64,000 bases of DNA from Azospirillaceae bacterium (GTDB taxonomy: Bacteria; Pseudomonadota; Alphaproteobacteria; Azospirillales; Azospirillaceae). The notes under the pieces were generated by a model, which worked only from the letters and a program-made list of their open reading frames with translations, had not been told where the DNA came from and searched no databases. The stretch spans positions 1,146-65,145 of the forward strand of contig DASQNC010000022.1 of assembly GCA_035645145.1 (NCBI GenBank). Reading direction: 5' to 3'. Below, piece by piece: positions 35,665 to 46,136 of the stretch (positions are counted from its first letter, which is position 1; each line of letters begins with the position of its first letter). The position numbers and the translations under genes are program-made.

Positions 35665-36429
35665 TCAGCCGCCTTCGCTGATCGTGATGCCGCCGTCCAC
35701 CACGACGATCTGGCCGGTCATGAAGGCCGACGCCGGGGAGGCCAGGAACACGGCCGCGCCGGCGATGTCCTCGGGTTGGCCGATGCGGCGCAGCGGGGCC
35801 CGCTTCTCCATCACCGACCGGAAGTCCGGGTTTTCCCACAGCGCCTTGGCGAAGTCGGTCTGGATCAGGCCGGGGGCGATCCCGTTCACGCGCACGCCCT
35901 TGGGGCCGTACTCGACCGCAAGGTTGCGCACGAGCTGCGCCTCCGCGGCCTTCGACAGGGCGTAGGCGCCGATGACCGGGGTTCCCATGAAACCGGCGGT
36001 CGAGCCGACCACCACCACGGATCCCGATCCCCGTTCCGCCATTTCGGGGACCACCATCCCGCACAGCCGCAGCGTGCCGCGGACGTTGGCACCCATGATC
36101 TTGTCGAACTGTTCGTCCGTGATGGTGAACGCCGGGCCGTAGTGCGGATTGATCGCCGCGTTGCAGACCAGCGTGTCGATCCGGCCCCACTTGTCGCGGG
36201 TGGCCTGGACCATCCGTTCCAGGTCGTCGGTGCGCGAGATGTTGCAGGGCATGGCCAGCACGTCGATGCCGTCGGTGGCCAGCTCCTTGCCCGTCGCCTC
36301 GCAGGCCTCGGCCTTCCGGCTGGAAACGACGACCTTGGCCCCCGCCTTGCCCATGGCATGCGCGATGGCCTTGCCGATGCCCCGGGTGGACCCGGTGACG
36401 ACGGCGACCTGTCCTGTCAGGTCGAACAT
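35665..36429 (-). CDS. Short-chain dehydrogenase/reductase (SDR)
   Basis: VAVVTGSTRGIG, CNAA, YALSK, FMTGQIVVVDGG. GGGAGGAAA Shine-Dalgarno. Confidence 0.9.
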   Translation of the reverse strand: MFDLTGQVAVVTGSTRGIGKAIAHAMGKAGAKVVVSSRKAEACEATGKELATDGIDVLAMPCNISRTDDLERMVQATRDKWGRIDTLVCNAAINPHYGPAFTITDEQFDKIMGANVRGTLRLCGMVVPEMAERGSGSVVVVGSTAGFMGTPVIGAYALSKAAEAQLVRNLAVEYGPKGVRVNGIAPGLIQTDFAKALWENPDFRSVMEKRAPLRRIGQPEDIAGAAVFLASPASAFMTGQIVVVDGGITISEGG

Positions 36430-36563
36430 GGGGTTTCCTCCCTTCGCCGGCCTTGTTCCTTCTGGCCGATTGAACGTTTGTTTAGCCCATCCGCGCCCCC
36501 GCCGCCACTTGCGACGGGCAGGGCGGCAGGGGTAACCATCCCAACAGGACAGGGGAGGACGAG

Positions 36564-37370
36564 ATGGCGGCCATCGGGCGCGTGCTGCTCACCAACGACG
36601 ACGGGATCGATGCGCCCGGTCTGGCCTGTCTGGCCGAGATCGCCGCCGAGGTTGCGGACGAGGTCTGGGTGGTCGCCCCGGCCGAGGACCAGAGCGGCAT
36701 GTCCCACAGCGTCACCCTGCATCATCCGCTGCGCCTGACCCGGCGGGGCGAGCGCCGCTTCGCGGTGCACGGCACGCCCAGCGACTGTGTGGTGATGGCG
36801 CTGCACCATCTGATGGCCGACGCGCCGCCCGACCTGATCCTGTCCGGCGTGAACCGCGGCGCCAATCTGGCCGACGAGGTCGCGTACAGCGGCACCGCCA
36901 GCGCGGCGATGACCGGCCTGTTGATGGGCACGCGCGCCATCGCGTTGAGCCAGGCGTTCCGGGACCGCACCCATGTCCGTTGGGAAACCGCCCGCGCACA
37001 TGCCCCGGGCCTGATCCGGGCGCTGTGGGCCGATTGGCCCGGCGGTGTCGCCTACAACCTCAACTTCCCGGACGTGCCGCCGGACGCGGTGGCCGGGTTC
37101 CAGGCCTCGCGCCAGGGCGGCGGGTCGATCCTGGCGATCGACGTGGAGCACCGCACGGACCGGCGCGGCCAGGATTATTTCTGGCTGGGCTTCCGCCGCC
37201 ATTCATCGGAGGCCGGCCTGCCGCGCACGGCCGACCTCGGACCCGACACCGACGTAGGGGCCTTGCGCCAGGGCCGGGTGGCGGTGACGCCGCTGCGCTT
37301 CGACCGCACCGCGCACGACCTGCTGGCCGGGCTCGACGGACGGTTGAAGGCGCTGTCCATTCGGGGCTGA
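36564..37370 (+). CDS. surE: 5'/3'-nucleotidase SurE
   Basis: RVLLTNDDGIDAPGL, GTPSDCV, SGVNRGANLA..V.YSGT. Confidence 0.93.
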   Translation: MAAIGRVLLTNDDGIDAPGLACLAEIAAEVADEVWVVAPAEDQSGMSHSVTLHHPLRLTRRGERRFAVHGTPSDCVVMALHHLMADAPPDLILSGVNRGANLADEVAYSGTASAAMTGLLMGTRAIALSQAFRDRTHVRWETARAHAPGLIRALWADWPGGVAYNLNFPDVPPDAVAGFQASRQGGGSILAIDVEHRTDRRGQDYFWLGFRRHSSEAGLPRTADLGPDTDVGALRQGRVAVTPLRFDRTAHDLLAGLDGRLKALSIRG

Positions 37371-37454
37371 TCCCGCGACATCGGCTTGAAACCGGGCGGC
37401 GGCCCGGCGGACACTCCCGGGAACGATAATCAGAACGAACCGGGAGGAGCGCCC

Positions 37455-39092
37455 ATGCATGGGCTCATGATGGACATGCCGCTCATGATTTCCGCGATCA
37501 TGGAGCATGCCCGCCACAACTTTCCCCGCCGGGAGATCGTCACGCGGACGGTCGAGGGTCCGATCCACCGCTACACCTACGCCGACGCCTACGAGCGCAT
37601 CGGGCAATTGGCGAATGCCCTGACCGCCCTGGGGGTGAAGCCCGGCGACCGTGTGGGCACGCTCGCCTGGAACACCCACAGGCATTTCGAGATGTATTAC
37701 GCCGTGTCCGGGCTCGGGGCGGTGCTGCACACCGTGAATCCACGACTGTTCCAGGACCAGATCGTCTACATCATCCGCCATGCCGGTGACCGCTTCCTGT
37801 TCACCGACCTGACCTTCGTGCCGTTGCTGGAGGCGTTGCAGGACCATCTGCCCGAGGTTGAGGGCTACGTCGTGATGACCGACCGCGCCCACATGCCGGC
37901 GACCAGGCTCAGGAACGCCATGTGCTACGAGGAACTGCTGGAGGCGCAGCCGGCGGCCTGGAAACGGCCGGAGTTCGACGAGCGCACGGCCTCGTCCCTC
38001 TGCTACACCTCGGGCACCACCGGCAATCCCAAGGGCGTGCTGTACAGCCACCGTTCCACGGTGCTGCATGCGCTGGGCGTGCTGGCCTGCGGGCCGAACC
38101 ACCTGCACGAGGGCGACGTCACCATGCCCATCGTGCCGCTGTTCCACGCCAACGCCTGGGGCGTGGCCTACATGGCGCCGATCGCGGGCGCCAAGATCGT
38201 GTTCCCCGGCATGCGCTACGACGGGAACATGCTCTACGAGCTGATGGAGCAGGAGGGCGTCACCACATCCGCGGGTGTGCCCACCGTGTGGTTCGGCCTC
38301 CTGGGCTACATGCGCCAGCACAGTCTGCGCTTCTCCACGGTGAAGCGCATCGGCATCGGCGGTTCGGCGGCACCACCGGCCATGCTGCGCGAATTCATCG
38401 AGACCTATGGCGTCGAGCCCTTCCAGGGATGGGGCATGACCGAACTCAGTCCCGTCGGGACCCAGGGGGCGTTGCCGTTCGACCTAAGGGGGGCGCCGAT
38501 CGATGAGCAGGTCGCCTACAAGAGCCGGCAGGGCCGCGCCCTGTTCGGGGTGCGGTTGAAGGCCGTGGATGCGGGCGGTAGGGAAATCCCCCACGACGGC
38601 AAGGCGTTCGGCGAGCTTCTGTGCCGCGGCTATTGGGTTGCCTCCGGCTACTTCCGGGACGATGAGGCGACCCGCGCGGCCATGACCGCGGATGGCTGGT
38701 TCCGCACGGGCGACGTGGCCTCGTTCACGCCGGACAACGTCATGTCCCTGGTGGACCGGTTCAAGGACGTCATCAAGTCGGGGGGCGAGTGGATCAGCTC
38801 CATCGACCTGGAAAACGCCGCCGTCGGCCACCCGAAGATCGCGGAAGCCGCCGTCGTCGGCGTGCCCCATCCCAAGTGGGACGAGCGGCCGGTGCTCGTC
38901 TGCGTTCCCGCCCCGGGCGAGCCGCCGACCGCGGACGAGATCCTGGCCTATCTGCGCGGACGTGTGGCCAAGTGGTGGCTGCCCGATGCGGTCTACTTCG
39001 TTCCCGAACTGCCCCATACCGCGACGGGCAAGATCATGAAGTCCAAGCTGCGCGAGCAGTACAGGGACGTCCTGTCGGCCGCGGCGGAGTAG
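37455..39092 (+). CDS. Long/medium-chain acyl-CoA synthetase (AMP-forming)
   Basis: AMP-binding motifs [15 protein letters not shown]..., GEWISS, and a C-terminal GKI.K. GGGAGGAG Shine-Dalgarno before ATG 37455. Confidence 0.9.
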   Translation: MHGLMMDMPLMISAIMEHARHNFPRREIVTRTVEGPIHRYTYADAYERIGQLANALTALGVKPGDRVGTLAWNTHRHFEMYYAVSGLGAVLHTVNPRLFQDQIVYIIRHAGDRFLFTDLTFVPLLEALQDHLPEVEGYVVMTDRAHMPATRLRNAMCYEELLEAQPAAWKRPEFDERTASSLCYTSGTTGNPKGVLYSHRSTVLHALGVLACGPNHLHEGDVTMPIVPLFHANAWGVAYMAPIAGAKIVFPGMRYDGNMLYELMEQEGVTTSAGVPTVWFGLLGYMRQHSLRFSTVKRIGIGGSAAPPAMLREFIETYGVEPFQGWGMTELSPVGTQGALPFDLRGAPIDEQVAYKSRQGRALFGVRLKAVDAGGREIPHDGKAFGELLCRGYWVASGYFRDDEATRAAMTADGWFRTGDVASFTPDNVMSLVDRFKDVIKSGGEWISSIDLENAAVGHPKIAEAAVVGVPHPKWDERPVLVCVPAPGEPPTADEILAYLRGRVAKWWLPDAVYFVPELPHTATGKIMKSKLREQYRDVLSAAAE

Positions 39093-39127
39093 GGATCGAG
39101 CCCCGCCCCCGCATGTGCGGGGACGGG

Positions 39128-39167
39128 GTGTCATGAAACTGTAATCTTCCCGCAACAATTCTGTTTG
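39128..39167 (+). promoter_or_regulatory. Pho box (PhoB binding sites) upstream of pstS
   Basis: GTGTCAT-GAAA-CTGTAAT at 39128-39145 matches CTGTCAT-N4-CTGTCAT. A further in-phase (11-bp period) half-site CTGTTTG lies at 39161. Local AT-rich context. Confidence 0.7.
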
Positions 39168-39245
39168 CCGAATGGGTTAAAAGGCCGTTGCCGGCGGGCT
39201 GCCTCCGTAGGGAGCGGGTGGTGGCCGTCCATTGCGCCAGGGAGG

Positions 39246-40295
39246 ATGACAGTGAGGAGCATTGCGCTCGCCCGTGCCGCGGCTGTGGCCATGGCCGTCA
39301 CCATTGCGGCATCCGGGGCCGCGAACGCCCAGTCCCGTGACCAGATCCGCATTGTCGGCTCGTCCACGGTGTATCCCTTCGCGGCTGCCGTGGCGGAAAA
39401 CCTCGCCCGCACCACCGGCTTCCGGGCGCCGATCGTCGAGTCGACCGGCACCGGGGGCGGCATGCGCCTGTTCTGCGGCGGCGTGGGGCCGCAGCATCCC
39501 GACGTCACCAACGCGTCGCGCCCGATCACCAAGTCCGAGATCGAGAACTGCCGGAACAACGGCGTCACCGAGATCGTCGAGGTCCCGGTCGGCTACGACG
39601 GCATCGTGATCACCCTCAAGCGCGGCTCCCAGAAGGTCGACCTGACCCGCGAGCAGATCTGGAAGGCGCTCGCCCGCAATGTGCCGGTGAACGGACGGCT
39701 GGTTCCGAACCCGTACAAGACCTGGAACGAGGTTGATCCCAAGCTCCCGAATTGGCCCATCGAGGTGATGGGCCCGCCGCCGACATCCGGTACCCGCGAT
39801 GCCTTCAACGAGCTGGTGATGGAGACCGGCTGCCACAACGTGCCCGAGATCAAGGCGATCTCGGACAGCAGGCAACGTGTCTCCGCCTGCACCCAGGTGC
39901 GCGAGGACGGCCGCTACATCGAGGCCGGCGAGAACGACAACCTGATCATCCAGCGTCTCGCCACCGGCCAAGCCGGCTTGATGGGGGTCCATGGCTATTC
40001 CTTCCTGGAGGAGAACCTGGACAAGATCGAGGTGGCGAACGTGGAGGGCGTCGAGCCGACCTTCGAGGACATCTCCTCCGGCAAGTACCCGGTCGCGCGG
40101 ACCATCTTCTTCTACGCGAAGAAGGCGCACATCGGCATCATCCCCGGCATGCGCGAGTACATGACCGAATTCGTGTCGGATCGCGCCATGGGGGAAAGCG
40201 GGTACCTGGAGCAGCGTGGCCTGATCCCCCTTCCGCCTGAAAAGCTCGGCGAGGTGCGGGAGACGGTCCGCAGCCTGAAAACCATCGCCCAATGA
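39246..40295 (+). CDS. pstS: Phosphate ABC transporter substrate-binding protein
   Basis: Signal peptide ...AASGAANA|Q; IRIVGSSTVYPF, GTGGG, PPTSGTRD. The start may be GTG 39252 (better spacing from GGAGG) rather than ATG 39246. Confidence 0.92.
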   Translation: MTVRSIALARAAAVAMAVTIAASGAANAQSRDQIRIVGSSTVYPFAAAVAENLARTTGFRAPIVESTGTGGGMRLFCGGVGPQHPDVTNASRPITKSEIENCRNNGVTEIVEVPVGYDGIVITLKRGSQKVDLTREQIWKALARNVPVNGRLVPNPYKTWNEVDPKLPNWPIEVMGPPPTSGTRDAFNELVMETGCHNVPEIKAISDSRQRVSACTQVREDGRYIEAGENDNLIIQRLATGQAGLMGVHGYSFLEENLDKIEVANVEGVEPTFEDISSGKYPVARTIFFYAKKAHIGIIPGMREYMTEFVSDRAMGESGYLEQRGLIPLPPEKLGEVRETVRSLKTIAQ

Positions 40296-40323
40296 CCGGC
40301 TGACACGTAGAACCTTGCGACAC

Positions 40324-40349
40324 GGCCCCTGCCGCACGCGGCAGGGGCC
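40324..40349 (+). terminator. Intercistronic stem-loop between pstS and pstC (partial terminator/mRNA stabiliser)
   Basis: Perfect GGCCCCTGCCGC-AC-GCGGCAGGGGCC. Weak U-tract (GTT). Confidence 0.55.
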
Positions 40350-40376
40350 GTTCCCACATTGGTCAACGGACCTGCC

Positions 40377-41780
40377 ATGCCGCTTTCCATTCTGCTCGCA
40401 ACCCTTCTTGTCCTTGCCGGGATCGGCTATGCGATGGGCAAGGGGCGGGCGTCCGCACTGGCGGGCGCCGGGCAGCCCGCCAGTGCGCCTGTGCGGCTCC
40501 ACTCGCAACCGACCTACCACGGCTGGTATGTTGCAATCTGGTGCGGCCTGCCGGCCCTGCTCCTGCTGGCGGCTTGGATCGTGGTCCAGGGCCCCGTGGT
40601 GCAGGCCTTGGTCGAGAGCGGGTTGCCGCCGGAATTGCGGTCGCTGCCCCCCGACCGTCTGGCGCTCCTGATGGTCGAGGTGCGGAACCTCGCGTCGGGG
40701 CTTGTGCCGGCCGGGCCCAACACGGACCCGGCCCTGGTCGACGCCGCCGAGCGGCTGAACGATTTGAACCGGATCGGCAACGCGGCGGCCTGGGTGCTCG
40801 TCCTGGGGGTGGCCATCGCCGGCCTGGCTTACGCCCGCCGCCGCCTGCTCCCGCAACTGCGTGCCCGCCACTTCGTGGAGCGGGTGGCCAACGGCGCCCT
40901 GGCCGCAAGTTCGCTCATCGCCATCCTGACGACGGTGGGCATCGTGCTGTCGCTGCTGTTCGAGGCGATGCGCTTCTTCACGATGGTCTCGCCGCTCGAG
41001 TTCCTGTTCGGCACCACCTGGAGCCCGCAGACCGCGATCCGTGCCGATCAGGCGGGCGGGTCGTCGGGTGCGTTCGGTGCCGTCCCGCTGTTCACGGGCA
41101 CGATGCTGATCGCGGCGATTGCCATGGTGGTGGCGGTGCCGATCGGATTGATGTCGGCCATCTACCTGTCCGAGTACGCTCCGCGGCCCGTGCGGGCATG
41201 GGTGAAGCCGATCCTGGAGGTCCTGGCCGGCATCCCGACGGTCGTCTACGGCTTCTTCGCCGCGCTGACGGTGGCGCCGCTCATCCGCGAACTCGGCGGC
41301 ATGGTCGGTCTCGAGGTGGCGTCGCAGAGCGCGTTGGCCGCGGGGCTGGTCATGGGCATCATGATCGTGCCCTTCGTCAGTTCGCTGTCCGACGACGTCA
41401 TCAACGCCGTGCCGCAGTCGTTGCGCGACGGATCCTACGGGCTGGGCGCGACCCGCGCCGAAACCATCCGCCAGGTGGTCCTGCCCGCGGCCCTGCCGGG
41501 CATCGGCGCGTCCTTCATCCTGGCGTTCAGCCGGGCGCTGGGCGAAACCATGATCGTGGCCATGGCCGCGGGCCTGGCCGCCAACCTGACCGCCAACCCG
41601 CTGGCCGCCGTGACCACGGTGACGGTGCAGATCGCCACCCTGCTGGTGGGCGACCAGGAGTTCGACAGCCCCAAGACCCTGTCGGTGTTCGCCCTGGGCC
41701 TGATGCTGTTCCTGGTGACATTGACGCTGAACGTGATCGCCCTGCGCATCGTCCAGAAATATCGGGAAAAATATGACTGA
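40377..41780 (+). CDS. pstC: Phosphate ABC transporter permease PstC (long form)
   Basis: Multi-TM with the EAA-like loop region ...SRALGETMIV. ATG 40377 is preferred over TTG 40359. Confidence 0.92.
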   Translation: MPLSILLATLLVLAGIGYAMGKGRASALAGAGQPASAPVRLHSQPTYHGWYVAIWCGLPALLLLAAWIVVQGPVVQALVESGLPPELRSLPPDRLALLMVEVRNLASGLVPAGPNTDPALVDAAERLNDLNRIGNAAAWVLVLGVAIAGLAYARRRLLPQLRARHFVERVANGALAASSLIAILTTVGIVLSLLFEAMRFFTMVSPLEFLFGTTWSPQTAIRADQAGGSSGAFGAVPLFTGTMLIAAIAMVVAVPIGLMSAIYLSEYAPRPVRAWVKPILEVLAGIPTVVYGFFAALTVAPLIRELGGMVGLEVASQSALAAGLVMGIMIVPFVSSLSDDVINAVPQSLRDGSYGLGATRAETIRQVVLPAALPGIGASFILAFSRALGETMIVAMAAGLAANLTANPLAAVTTVTVQIATLLVGDQEFDSPKTLSVFALGLMLFLVTLTLNVIALRIVQKYREKYD

Positions 41781-43119
41781 CGTCGCCACCTCCATCGGTG
41801 CCGCCGCGCAGACCCCGCCGCGGGCGGTCGCCAGTCCGCACATGACCGATGCGGCGAAGGCGCGCCTTCGCCGCCGGTACCGGGCCGAGCAGCGCTTCAA
41901 GATGTTCGGCGTCGCGGCCATCGCCGTGGCGGTGCTGTCGCTGGTGGTGCTGCTGGGCGACATCGTCTGGCGGGCCCGGGGCGCCCTGATCCAGACCCAG
42001 GTGCGGCTGGAGGTCGTGCTCGACCCGCAGGCGCTGGGCATCCAGGCGGCCGGCGGGACGCCGACGACCGCGGAAATCCGGCTCGGCGACTTCGAGCGTG
42101 CGGTTGCGCAGGCGCTGTTCGCCGCCTTGCCTGAGGTGACGAACCGGTCCGAACGCAGACTGCTGCAGCGCATGGTCAGCGAAGGGGCCGGGGCGGAGTT
42201 GCGGAACAAGGTGGTGTCCGACCCGTCGCTGCTCGGCCGGACGGTCGAGTTCTGGGCGCCGACGCGGTCCGACATCGACCTGCTGGTCAAGGGCCAGATC
42301 GACCGCCGCGTGCCCGAGGATCAGCGCCGGGTGCGCGACATCGAGATCCAGTGGATCGAAAAGCTCGACGCGCAGGACAAGGTCCGGTCCGCCTTCAACA
42401 CGCGCTTCTTCTCCGGCAGCAACTCCTCCAACCCCGAACAGGCCGGCGTGTGGGGCGCCATCATCGGCTCGCTGCTCACCTTGTCGGTGACCGCGTTCCT
42501 GGCCGTCCCCATCGGGGTGATGGCGGCGGTCTACCTTGAGGAGTTCGCGCCGAAGAACCGGCTGACCGAGTTGATCGAGGTCAACATCAACAATCTCGCG
42601 GCCGTGCCGTCGATCGTCTTCGGCCTGCTCGGCCTGGCCGTCCTCCTCAACTTCATGGGGCTGCCGCGGTCCGCCCCCCTGGTCGGCGGCATCGTGCTGG
42701 CATTGATGAGCCTGCCGGTGATCATCATCGCCACCCGCGCGTCGCTGCGGTCGGTCCCCCCGTCCATCCGCGAGGCGGCATTGGGGATCGGGGCGTCGAA
42801 GATGCAAGTGGTGCTGCACCATGTGCTGCCGCTCGCCGTGCCCGGCATCATGACCGGCACGATCATCGCCATGGCCCACGCCCTCGGCGAAACCGCGCCC
42901 CTGCTGATGATCGGCATGAACGCCTTCTTCACCGACGTGCCGTCGGGCTGGATGTCCTCGGCCACGGTGCTGCCGGTGCAGGTGTTCACCTGGGCCGAGG
43001 ACGCCCAGCGGGGCTTCCTGGAAAAGACGTCGCTGGCCATCTGCGTTCTTCTGCTCTTCCTGCTCTCGATGAACGCGATCGCCATCTATCTCCGTAGGAA
43101 ATTCGAACGCCGGTGGTGA
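41773..43119 (+). CDS. pstA: Phosphate ABC transporter permease PstA
   Basis: Overlaps the pstC stop by 8 nt. Large periplasmic loop after TM1. ...[14 protein letters not shown]. Confidence 0.93.
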   Translation: MTDVATSIGAAAQTPPRAVASPHMTDAAKARLRRRYRAEQRFKMFGVAAIAVAVLSLVVLLGDIVWRARGALIQTQVRLEVVLDPQALGIQAAGGTPTTAEIRLGDFERAVAQALFAALPEVTNRSERRLLQRMVSEGAGAELRNKVVSDPSLLGRTVEFWAPTRSDIDLLVKGQIDRRVPEDQRRVRDIEIQWIEKLDAQDKVRSAFNTRFFSGSNSSNPEQAGVWGAIIGSLLTLSVTAFLAVPIGVMAAVYLEEFAPKNRLTELIEVNINNLAAVPSIVFGLLGLAVLLNFMGLPRSAPLVGGIVLALMSLPVIIIATRASLRSVPPSIREAALGIGASKMQVVLHHVLPLAVPGIMTGTIIAMAHALGETAPLLMIGMNAFFTDVPSGWMSSATVLPVQVFTWAEDAQRGFLEKTSLAICVLLLFLLSMNAIAIYLRRKFERRW

Positions 43120-43121
43120 AC

Positions 43122-43946
43122 ATGACCGCAGCCACGCCCGTGACGGGACAGGCCTGGACGACCGATGCCGCAGGCACGGCGGCCCGCCAGCCGTGGAAAA
43201 TGACCGCAAGGGACGTGCATGTCTTCTACGGCGCCAAGCATGCGCTGAAGGGCGTCGACCTGAACCTTGCCGAGCGCAAGGTGACGGCGTTGATCGGGCC
43301 CTCGGGGTGCGGCAAGTCCACGTTCCTGCGGTCCTTGAACCGCATGAACGACACGATCGAGAACTGCCGCGTGGAAGGCCGGATCGAACTGGACGGCCAG
43401 GACATCTATGCCAAGGACATCGACGTGGTGCTGCTGCGCGCCCGCATCGGCATGGTGTTCCAGAAGCCGAACCCGTTCCCGAAGTCGATCTACGACAACA
43501 TCGCCTACGGCCCGCGCATCCACGGTCTGGCCCGCAACAAGGACGAGATGGACCAGGTCGTCGAGACCTCGCTGCAGCGCGCCGGCCTGTGGAACGAGGT
43601 GAAGGACCGCCTGCGCGATCCCGGCACCGGCCTGTCCGGCGGCCAGCAGCAGCGGCTGTGCATTGCCCGCGCCATCGCGGTCAGCCCCGAGGTGATCCTG
43701 ATGGACGAGCCGTGCTCGGCGCTCGATCCGATCGCCACCGCGCACATCGAGGAACTGATCGACGAGCTGCGCGAAAACTTCACCATCGTGATCGTGACCC
43801 ACAACATGCAGCAGGCCGCCCGCGTGTCGCAGACCACGGCCTTCTTCCACCTCGGCCAGATGGTCGAGGCGGGCGACACCGAGGAGATCTTCACCCAACC
43901 GCGCGATGCGCGGACCCAGGGCTACATCACTGGCCGCTACGGTTGA
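43122..43946 (+). CDS. pstB: Phosphate ABC transporter ATP-binding protein
   Basis: [48 protein letters not shown]. Confidence 0.96.
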   Translation: MTAATPVTGQAWTTDAAGTAARQPWKMTARDVHVFYGAKHALKGVDLNLAERKVTALIGPSGCGKSTFLRSLNRMNDTIENCRVEGRIELDGQDIYAKDIDVVLLRARIGMVFQKPNPFPKSIYDNIAYGPRIHGLARNKDEMDQVVETSLQRAGLWNEVKDRLRDPGTGLSGGQQQRLCIARAIAVSPEVILMDEPCSALDPIATAHIEELIDELRENFTIVIVTHNMQQAARVSQTTAFFHLGQMVEAGDTEEIFTQPRDARTQGYITGRYG

Positions 43947-44058
43947 CGGCCGCGGGCGGGCGGGTGCGCGCCGCCCAGACCCGCCCGGCCCCTCCACCCA
44001 GGTCCCCGGCCCCCGCCCGGTCGGTGTCCGGCATGCGCACGACGAGGACCCGCCCGAC

Positions 44059-44760
44059 ATGCCCGAGCACATCGTCAAGTCCTTCTCGGCCGAACTGCAG
44101 CGTCTGTCCGACCTGATCACCCAAATGGGCGGATCGGCGGAGGCGCAGGTCGAGGCCGCCGTCCGTGCGGTCGCGCGCCGGGATCCGGACATCGCCGCCG
44201 CGGTGGTCGGCGCCGACGCGCGGGTGGACGCCTACGAGACGGAGGTGGACGCGGAGGCGGTCCGCCTGCTGGCGTTGCGCCAGCCCATGGCCGGCGACCT
44301 GCGCGAGATCCTGGCGGCGCTGAAGATCGCGGCCGAGCTGGAGCGGATCGGGGACCACGCCGCCAACATCGCCAAGCGCGCCATCACCCTGTCCAAGATG
44401 CCCGCGGCCCCGCCGGCCACCGCCATCCCGCGCATGGGCCGGCTGGTGCAGGAGATCGTCAAGGACGTGCTCGACGCCTACATCGAACGCGACGTGGCCA
44501 AGGCGTTCGCCGCCTGGCACCGCGACGAGGAACTGGACACGCTGCACACGAACCTGTTCCACGAGACGCTCGCCTGCATGACCGGGGATCCCCGCCACAT
44601 CGCGCCCTGCACGCACCTTCTGTTCATCGCCAAGAACCTGGAGCGGATCGGCGACCACGCGACGAACGTGGCGGAAACCATCCACTTCCTGGTCGTCGGC
44701 AAGCCGCTGTCGGAGGCGCGGCCCAAGGGCGACACCTCCAGCACGGCCGTCATCGAATGA
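44059..44760 (+). CDS. phoU: Phosphate signalling complex protein PhoU
   Basis: Two PhoU repeats, each with E..RIGDHA.N (ELERIGDHAANI, NLERIGDHATNV). Confidence 0.95.
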   Translation: MPEHIVKSFSAELQRLSDLITQMGGSAEAQVEAAVRAVARRDPDIAAAVVGADARVDAYETEVDAEAVRLLALRQPMAGDLREILAALKIAAELERIGDHAANIAKRAITLSKMPAAPPATAIPRMGRLVQEIVKDVLDAYIERDVAKAFAAWHRDEELDTLHTNLFHETLACMTGDPRHIAPCTHLLFIAKNLERIGDHATNVAETIHFLVVGKPLSEARPKGDTSSTAVIE

Positions 44761-45461
44761 ACGCGACGTCCAAGCCCATGGTCCTGGTGGTCGAGGACGA
44801 GGCCGACCTCCTCACGTTGCTGCGCTACAACCTGGAGAAGGAGGGCTTCCGGGTGGTGACCGCCGGCGACGGCGAGGAAGCTCTGCTGGTCGCCGACGAG
44901 CAGACCCCCAACCTGGTGCTGCTGGACTGGATGCTGCCGCTGATGTCGGGCATCGAGGTCTGCCGGCAACTGCGCCGCCGGCCCCGGACGCGCGACGTGC
45001 CGATCATCATGCTGACCGCCCGCGGCGAGGAGGCCGACCGCGTGCGCGGGTTGAACGCGGGGGCCGACGACTACATCGCCAAGCCGTTTTCCACCACGGA
45101 ACTGCTGGCGCGCATGCGCGCGGTGCTGCGGCGCGCCACGCCGGGCATCGCGGACGAGATCCTGCAATTCGAGGATCTGACCATGGATCTGGCGGCCCAC
45201 CGGGTGCGCCGGAACGGCCGTGAGGTGCACCTGGGGCCGACCGAGTTCCGGCTGCTGCGCCACTTCATGCAGCATCCCGGCCGGGTGTTCTCGCGCGAGC
45301 AGCTTCTGGACATGGTCTGGGGCCAGGACATCCACGTGGAGCTGCGGACGGTGGATGTGCACATCCGCCGCCTGCGCAAGGCGCTGAACAACGACGAGGC
45401 GGAGGAGGACCTGATCCGCACCGTCCGGTCCGCCGGCTACGCCCTCGACCGGCCGGGGTGA
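44757..45461 (+). CDS. phoB: Phosphate regulon response regulator (OmpR family)
   Basis: Receiver domain VLVVEDE...LVLLDWMLP (phospho-Asp)...ADDYIAKPF, plus winged helix ...VDVHIRRLRKAL...IRTVRSAGYAL. The ATG overlaps the phoU stop. Confidence 0.95.
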   Translation: MNATSKPMVLVVEDEADLLTLLRYNLEKEGFRVVTAGDGEEALLVADEQTPNLVLLDWMLPLMSGIEVCRQLRRRPRTRDVPIIMLTARGEEADRVRGLNAGADDYIAKPFSTTELLARMRAVLRRATPGIADEILQFEDLTMDLAAHRVRRNGREVHLGPTEFRLLRHFMQHPGRVFSREQLLDMVWGQDIHVELRTVDVHIRRLRKALNNDEAEEDLIRTVRSAGYALDRPG

Positions 45462-45494
45462 GCCTTGCCGCCGGAGGGTGCGCTCCCTTCCGGT

Positions 45495-45953
45495 TCACAC
45501 CAGGAACATCACCAGCATCTCGGCCGAGCAGGCGGGTTTGGCCCCGCCCTCGATCTCCATCGTGCCGTCCACCGTGCACAGCACACGGCCGCCCTCCTGG
45601 GTGTCCACCGACTTCAGCACCGCCCGTATGCGCACACGGCTGCCGGTCCTGACCGGGGCGGGGAAGCGCACCCGGTTCAGCCCGTAGTTCAGCGACCCTT
45701 TGGCCGGAACCAAGCGCCACAGGTCGTACATGGCCTGCGGAAACAGCGCGAGTGTCAGGAAGCCGTGGGCCACTGTGGTCCCGAAGGGGGACTCCCGTCG
45801 GGATCGCTCCACATCGACATGGATCCATTGGTGGTCGCCCGTCGCCTCGGCGAAGGCGTCGACCGTGGCTTGGCCGATTTCGGTCCACGGGCCGGTGCCC
45901 AATTCCTGGCCCACGGCGGCCTTCAGCTCCTCGACGCTTTGGAATTCGCGCAT
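45495..45953 (-). CDS. MaoC-like (R)-specific enoyl-CoA hydratase / hot-dog fold
   Basis: FAEATGDHQWIHVDVERS...FGTTVAHGFLTL hydratase motif. AAGGAGAGGGGA Shine-Dalgarno. Confidence 0.85.
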   Translation of the reverse strand: MREFQSVEELKAAVGQELGTGPWTEIGQATVDAFAEATGDHQWIHVDVERSRRESPFGTTVAHGFLTLALFPQAMYDLWRLVPAKGSLNYGLNRVRFPAPVRTGSRVRIRAVLKSVDTQEGGRVLCTVDGTMEIEGGAKPACSAEMLVMFLV

Positions 45954-46136
45954 TCCCCTCTCCTTGGGCGGGCTGGCCACAAGACACTTTGAACGGACGT
46001 TTGGTCTAATCTACAGTCATTGGAAACACGGTCCACCGGGAAGCTGCGGCGCGGGCATGCGCCGGGGCGGGACACCCGGGGGCGATAAGGTCCGCCGCAC
46101 GGCGGCCAGAACGACAGCGGAGGAAGGAGACGGCCC

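Noticed and set aside
39177-42290. 1037-aa ORF antisense to pstS and pstC
   Set aside because: It is opposite canonical pst genes, with low-complexity Arg/Gly/His-rich translation and no Shine-Dalgarno or domain.
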